A stretch of DNA of 34,644 nucleotides from a virus: positions 1 to 34,644 of IMG/VR virus record IMGVR_UViG_3300035698_029396. One strand, 5' to 3'. The position numbers and the translations under genes were made by a program. The first letter of the stretch is position 1; each line of letters begins with the position of its first letter. Below, piece by piece: positions 32,092 through 34,644 of this stretch. A model generated the notes under the pieces. That model saw nothing but the letters and a program-made list of their open reading frames with translations, had not been told where the DNA came from and made no database searches.

Positions 32092-32720
32092 TGGCAAAGC
32101 ATGAAAATATAATTTATGCGTTAATTGCGGCCAAAAGAGAGTTTAAGAAAGAGTCATCATCAGGACAGGCGCAGATAAGTGGTAAAAGAGGATGGTCGTA
32201 TAGCAACGTTAAAGATTTTATTCAGATGACGGATGAAGCCTTAGCAGATCACGAGTTATGGTTATCGCATTCGGTTATTCGTGACAATACGGTCAATGAG
32301 GATGTGCTTATTACAACGATAGAGCATGCACCAACGAGAGAGAAGCATATTGATACAAGGTACATGAAAAATATAAAAGGTGGTCATCAGGGTCATGGAG
32401 AGGCGCAGTCTTATGCGCGTCGTTATGCTATTCAATCGTTGTTGGGATTACCGCAATCAGAAAAGGAAGATGATGATGGTTGTGCTACTCAGAAATATAT
32501 TGATAAAAAAAAGAAAGAAGGAAATATAGGAAAAATTCCTACTTACGTGACAAAGACTATTTCAACAGCTCAGCTTGAAGAACTACATAACCTTATTGCG
32601 GTAAGTGATAGTGAGTCGGTAGCAAGAACATTATCATTTAATAAGGTAAATCATCTGGAAGAGATGAATGAATCTCAATGGAATAATATTATTAACTTTC
32701 TTAAAAAGAGCGCAAAATGA
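32088..32720 (+). CDS. erf: ERF-family single-strand annealing protein (paralog 2)
   Basis: NIIYALIAAKREF..., WSYSNVKDFIQMTDEALADHELWL, TIEH, GEAQSYARRYAIQSLLGLP and EKEDDDG follow the ERF family pattern. Lies directly upstream of SSB. Confidence 0.7.
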   Translation: MMAKHENIIYALIAAKREFKKESSSGQAQISGKRGWSYSNVKDFIQMTDEALADHELWLSHSVIRDNTVNEDVLITTIEHAPTREKHIDTRYMKNIKGGHQGHGEAQSYARRYAIQSLLGLPQSEKEDDDGCATQKYIDKKKKEGNIGKIPTYVTKTISTAQLEELHNLIAVSDSESVARTLSFNKVNHLEEMNESQWNNIINFLKKSAK

Positions 32721-32899
32721 ACATAGAAGAACATGCAGAATATCGTCAAGGCTTACAAGGCAAGTTTGTTAAGTCAATTAAGGTTATTGATGACATGTGG
32801 AATGATCATACGATTATATTTGATGCGGTCACAAAAGCTATGGATAAAAATATAGAACTTTTGGAAAGCATTATTGAGGAAACTTCAAATGAGCTATAA
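32717..32899 (+). CDS. Hypothetical small acidic protein
   Basis: 60-aa ORF overlapping both neighbouring genes. Confidence 0.4.
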   Translation: MNIEEHAEYRQGLQGKFVKSIKVIDDMWNDHTIIFDAVTKAMDKNIELLESIIEETSNEL

Positions 32900-33299
32900 C
32901 AAAACAATTCTTATGGGCAATATCACAAAAGATCCGTCCTTAAGAACAGCAGGAAATAGTGAAGTATGCTCTTTTGCTATAGCGGTGAACAGAAAATACA
33001 AGAATGCTGCAGGTCTTCAGGAAGAGGTATGTTTCATGGAATGTGAAGCGTGGGACAAGTTGGCTGATGTATGTAATACCTATCTTGAAAAGGGTAAATC
33101 TATTCTGGTTGAAGGGTATTTAAAGCAATCGAGTTGGACCACTCCAGAAGGTGCTAAGCGTAGTAAGCATATACTGCGTGTAGAGAATATGACCTTTGTA
33201 GGAAACAACACGAGTGTTAACAACAAAGATAAGAAAGAAGAGGGACAGAATAATAATATGCGCGATCTGGATTCTGGGCAAAATAACTTACCATTTTAA
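32889..33299 (+). CDS. ssb: Single-stranded DNA-binding protein
   Basis: OB-fold N-terminus MSYNKTILMGNITKDPSLR...FAIAVNR...EAWDKLADVCNTYLEKGKSILVEGYLKQSSW, and a C-terminal tail ending LPF. The ORF is open from 32874. The ATG at 32889 has GAGGA upstream. Confidence 0.85.
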   Translation: MSYNKTILMGNITKDPSLRTAGNSEVCSFAIAVNRKYKNAAGLQEEVCFMECEAWDKLADVCNTYLEKGKSILVEGYLKQSSWTTPEGAKRSKHILRVENMTFVGNNTSVNNKDKKEEGQNNNMRDLDSGQNNLPF

Positions 33300-33320
33300 T
33301 TACCATTAATAAGGAAAAGT

Positions 33321-33644
33321 ATGATCCATATAAGTATGTTACATACACTTACGGCAGTTTTTTTAGAGTTTGTTGGTTTTATGATGCATCTCTTACCGCT
33401 CATCATGACAGTACAAATAGGGTATCTGTTTTATAAATTCTATAAAATAGAAATGAAAGTAATAATAAAAGAAAGTAACCAGCTTAAGAGAGAGATGCAA
33501 ATATATGAGATGATGGATAAGTATAACAGACTATTACAAGACGATATCAAAAAATGTAATGACAGAATACAGTCACTTAAGGATGAGATAAACAAACCAA
33601 AAAAGCCACCGGTGGCGAAGAAACAATTATCTAAGAAGAAATAA
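33321..33644 (+). CDS. N-terminal TM + coiled-coil + basic-tail protein (tandem paralog A)
   Basis: 107 aa. Hydrophobic N-terminus, then RLLQDDIKKCNDRIQSLKDEINKPKKPPVAKK. Confidence 0.55.
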   Translation: MIHISMLHTLTAVFLEFVGFMMHLLPLIMTVQIGYLFYKFYKIEMKVIIKESNQLKREMQIYEMMDKYNRLLQDDIKKCNDRIQSLKDEINKPKKPPVAKKQLSKKK

Positions 33645-33658
33645 AATAAAGGGTACAT

Positions 33659-34003
33659 GTGATACATATATTAGTCGCAATTATTTGTGAGTTTATTTGG
33701 TTTATAGGTAGTATTCTGCCGTTCATACTGTCATTACAAGTAGCGTATCTGTTTTATAAATTGCATATAATGCAGAAAGAAATACACAGTGAGCGAATGA
33801 CTCATAGAGCAATGGAAATGAGACTTATGGCAACTATTTGTAATAGATCAAGACTATTACAAGACGATATCAAAAAATGTAATGACAGAATACAGTCACT
33901 CAAGGATAAGATACATAAACCCAAAAAGCCACCGGTGGCAAACAAACCAGTATCGAAGCCAAAAGTATCGCAGAAGAACAAGAATATTGCTGACAATGGA
34001 TAG
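33659..34003 (+). CDS. N-terminal TM + coiled-coil + basic-tail protein (tandem paralog B, GTG start)
   Basis: 114 aa with the same architecture. The 89-nt block 33851-33939 is 84/89 identical to 33528-33616. Confidence 0.5.
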   Translation: MIHILVAIICEFIWFIGSILPFILSLQVAYLFYKLHIMQKEIHSERMTHRAMEMRLMATICNRSRLLQDDIKKCNDRIQSLKDKIHKPKKPPVANKPVSKPKVSQKNKNIADNG

Positions 34004-34127
34004 AAAAGTGTTCGTAGTTTTTTTGATTTTTTGCATTCTTATGATTGTGCTTGCTGTGATGTTATCTCATTTTATGAGTCCTTTGGACAATTACGCTTAT
34101 CTCTTTATGATTTTACACGGATTATAA
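33996..34127 (+). CDS. Small single-TM protein (43 aa)
   Basis: MDRKVFVVFLIFCILMIVLAVMLSHF... Its ATG overlaps the previous stop (ATGGATAG). It corresponds to the internal Met of the ORF-track ORF 33882..34127. Confidence 0.3.
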   Translation: MDRKVFVVFLIFCILMIVLAVMLSHFMSPLDNYAYLFMILHGL

Positions 34128-34218
34128 GTGATAAAGCTTCCTAGATATTTCCTGTTGATACATTGGATAAAGTTTGTGATTTTATTTATAGTGAAAAAGT
34201 TATCTTGTTTCTGCAAGC

Positions 34219-34249
34219 TCCCGCGGAAGATGACTTTTTCCCGCGGAAG
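34219..34249. repeat. Two direct copies of TCCCGCGGAAG, 20 bp apart
   Basis: Copies at 34219-34229 and 34239-34249. Each contains the CCGCGG palindrome. They form a GC island in AT-rich, probably non-coding DNA upstream of the iterons. Confidence 0.6.
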
Positions 34250-34382
34250 TGATGCAAATCTTACGGATCTTAAACGTGAATCTAGTTTATCATATTGGAA
34301 TTTTTTTGCTAGATATGGTATATTGATGAAATATTATTTCTATAACAGATAGTTTAATATGTTTTTGATATAGTAAAAAAAA

Positions 34383-34405
34383 AGACCCAGGATGTACCTG
34401 AGTCT
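34383..34405. terminator. Hairpin flanked by an A-run and a T-rich run; candidate bidirectional terminator at the end of the early operon
   Basis: AGACCCAGG (34383-34391) pairs with CCTGAGTCT (34397-34405), giving a 9-bp stem with one mismatch and a 5-nt loop. It is preceded by A9 and followed by AAATTTTTA. Confidence 0.45.
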
Positions 34406-34490
34406 AAATTTTTATGATCCACCTACAAATAGAATCTCACTTCAAAATATAGAGGATTATTATGATTAAATATCCGGTTAAAATAATATT

Positions 34491-34644
34491 AAAAAAGGAC
34501 TTTCAATGTCATTTGAACTGGATCTTAATCATCTTAAAAGAAGAACTTTCAATCATCTTAAAAGAAGAACTTTCAATCATCTTAAAAGAAGGACCTTTAA
34601 ACATGATTAAAGAAGAACTTTCAATTATGAATAAAAGAAGAACT
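34491..34644. repeat. Iteron array, left half, plus a 56-nt terminal redundancy with the window start
   Basis: Units AAAAGAAGAACTTTCAATCATCTT at 34536-34559 and 34560-34583. Variant units at 34491-34515, 34584-34608 and 34609-34633. Positions 34589-34644 are identical to 1-56. Confidence 0.8.

Noticed and set aside
34128-34352. 74-aa GTG-initiated ORF.
   Set aside because: It has no ribosome-binding site and odd composition. It contains the paired TCCCGCGGAAG boxes and lies in the origin-proximal region. It is more likely non-coding.
1-34644. An alternative genetic code (for example UGA=Trp, as in Mollicutes), given the AT-richness and the missing lysin.
   Set aside because: Long uninterrupted ORFs are obtained with the standard code, TGG is used for Trp in conserved motifs, and TGA terminates several well-delimited genes.

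Overview
The window appears to be a complete, circularly closed genome of about 34.6 kb. Its last 56 nt (34589..34644) are identical to nt 1..56. It is AT-rich and looks like a tailed, podovirus-like phage with plasmid-type replication features.

Layout:
- 34491..34644 plus 1..113: an iteron array running straight into a Rep-like gene (114..1502).
- 1668..2097 (-): a small two-gene cassette with a ribbon-helix-helix (RHH) protein, surrounded by three arrays of ACTTG-core repeats.
- 2253..18500 (+): a long morphogenesis block. It holds RusA, small and large terminase, portal, tRNA-Lys, a Zn-ribbon gene, tRNA-Glu, three small lysine-rich proteins, a scaffold candidate, the major capsid protein and about eight structural or tail genes.
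- 18497..26613 (-): ten genes dominated by tail-fibre paralogs that share an N-terminal module. The block includes an orphan module-only ORF, a C1q-like fibre and an embedded lipoprotein.
- 26752..27979: an RHH gene, the first ERF gene and a convergent small gene.
- 28111..30774 (+): two Gln/Gly-rich proteins.
- 30778..31394 (-): two small genes.
- 31527..34127 (+): an early operon behind a near-consensus sigma70 promoter. It holds a Cro-like HTH protein, a second ERF, SSB and tandemly duplicated TM/coiled-coil genes.

Strongest finding: the major capsid gene is split by a 278-nt ORF-less group I intron (10487..10764). P1, P10, P7, P8, P9 and the terminal G can all be read directly from the sequence.

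I could not recognise an integrase, DNA polymerase, primase, helicase, endolysin, CRISPR array or reverse transcriptase. All protein-family calls come from reading motifs by eye. No database search was run.
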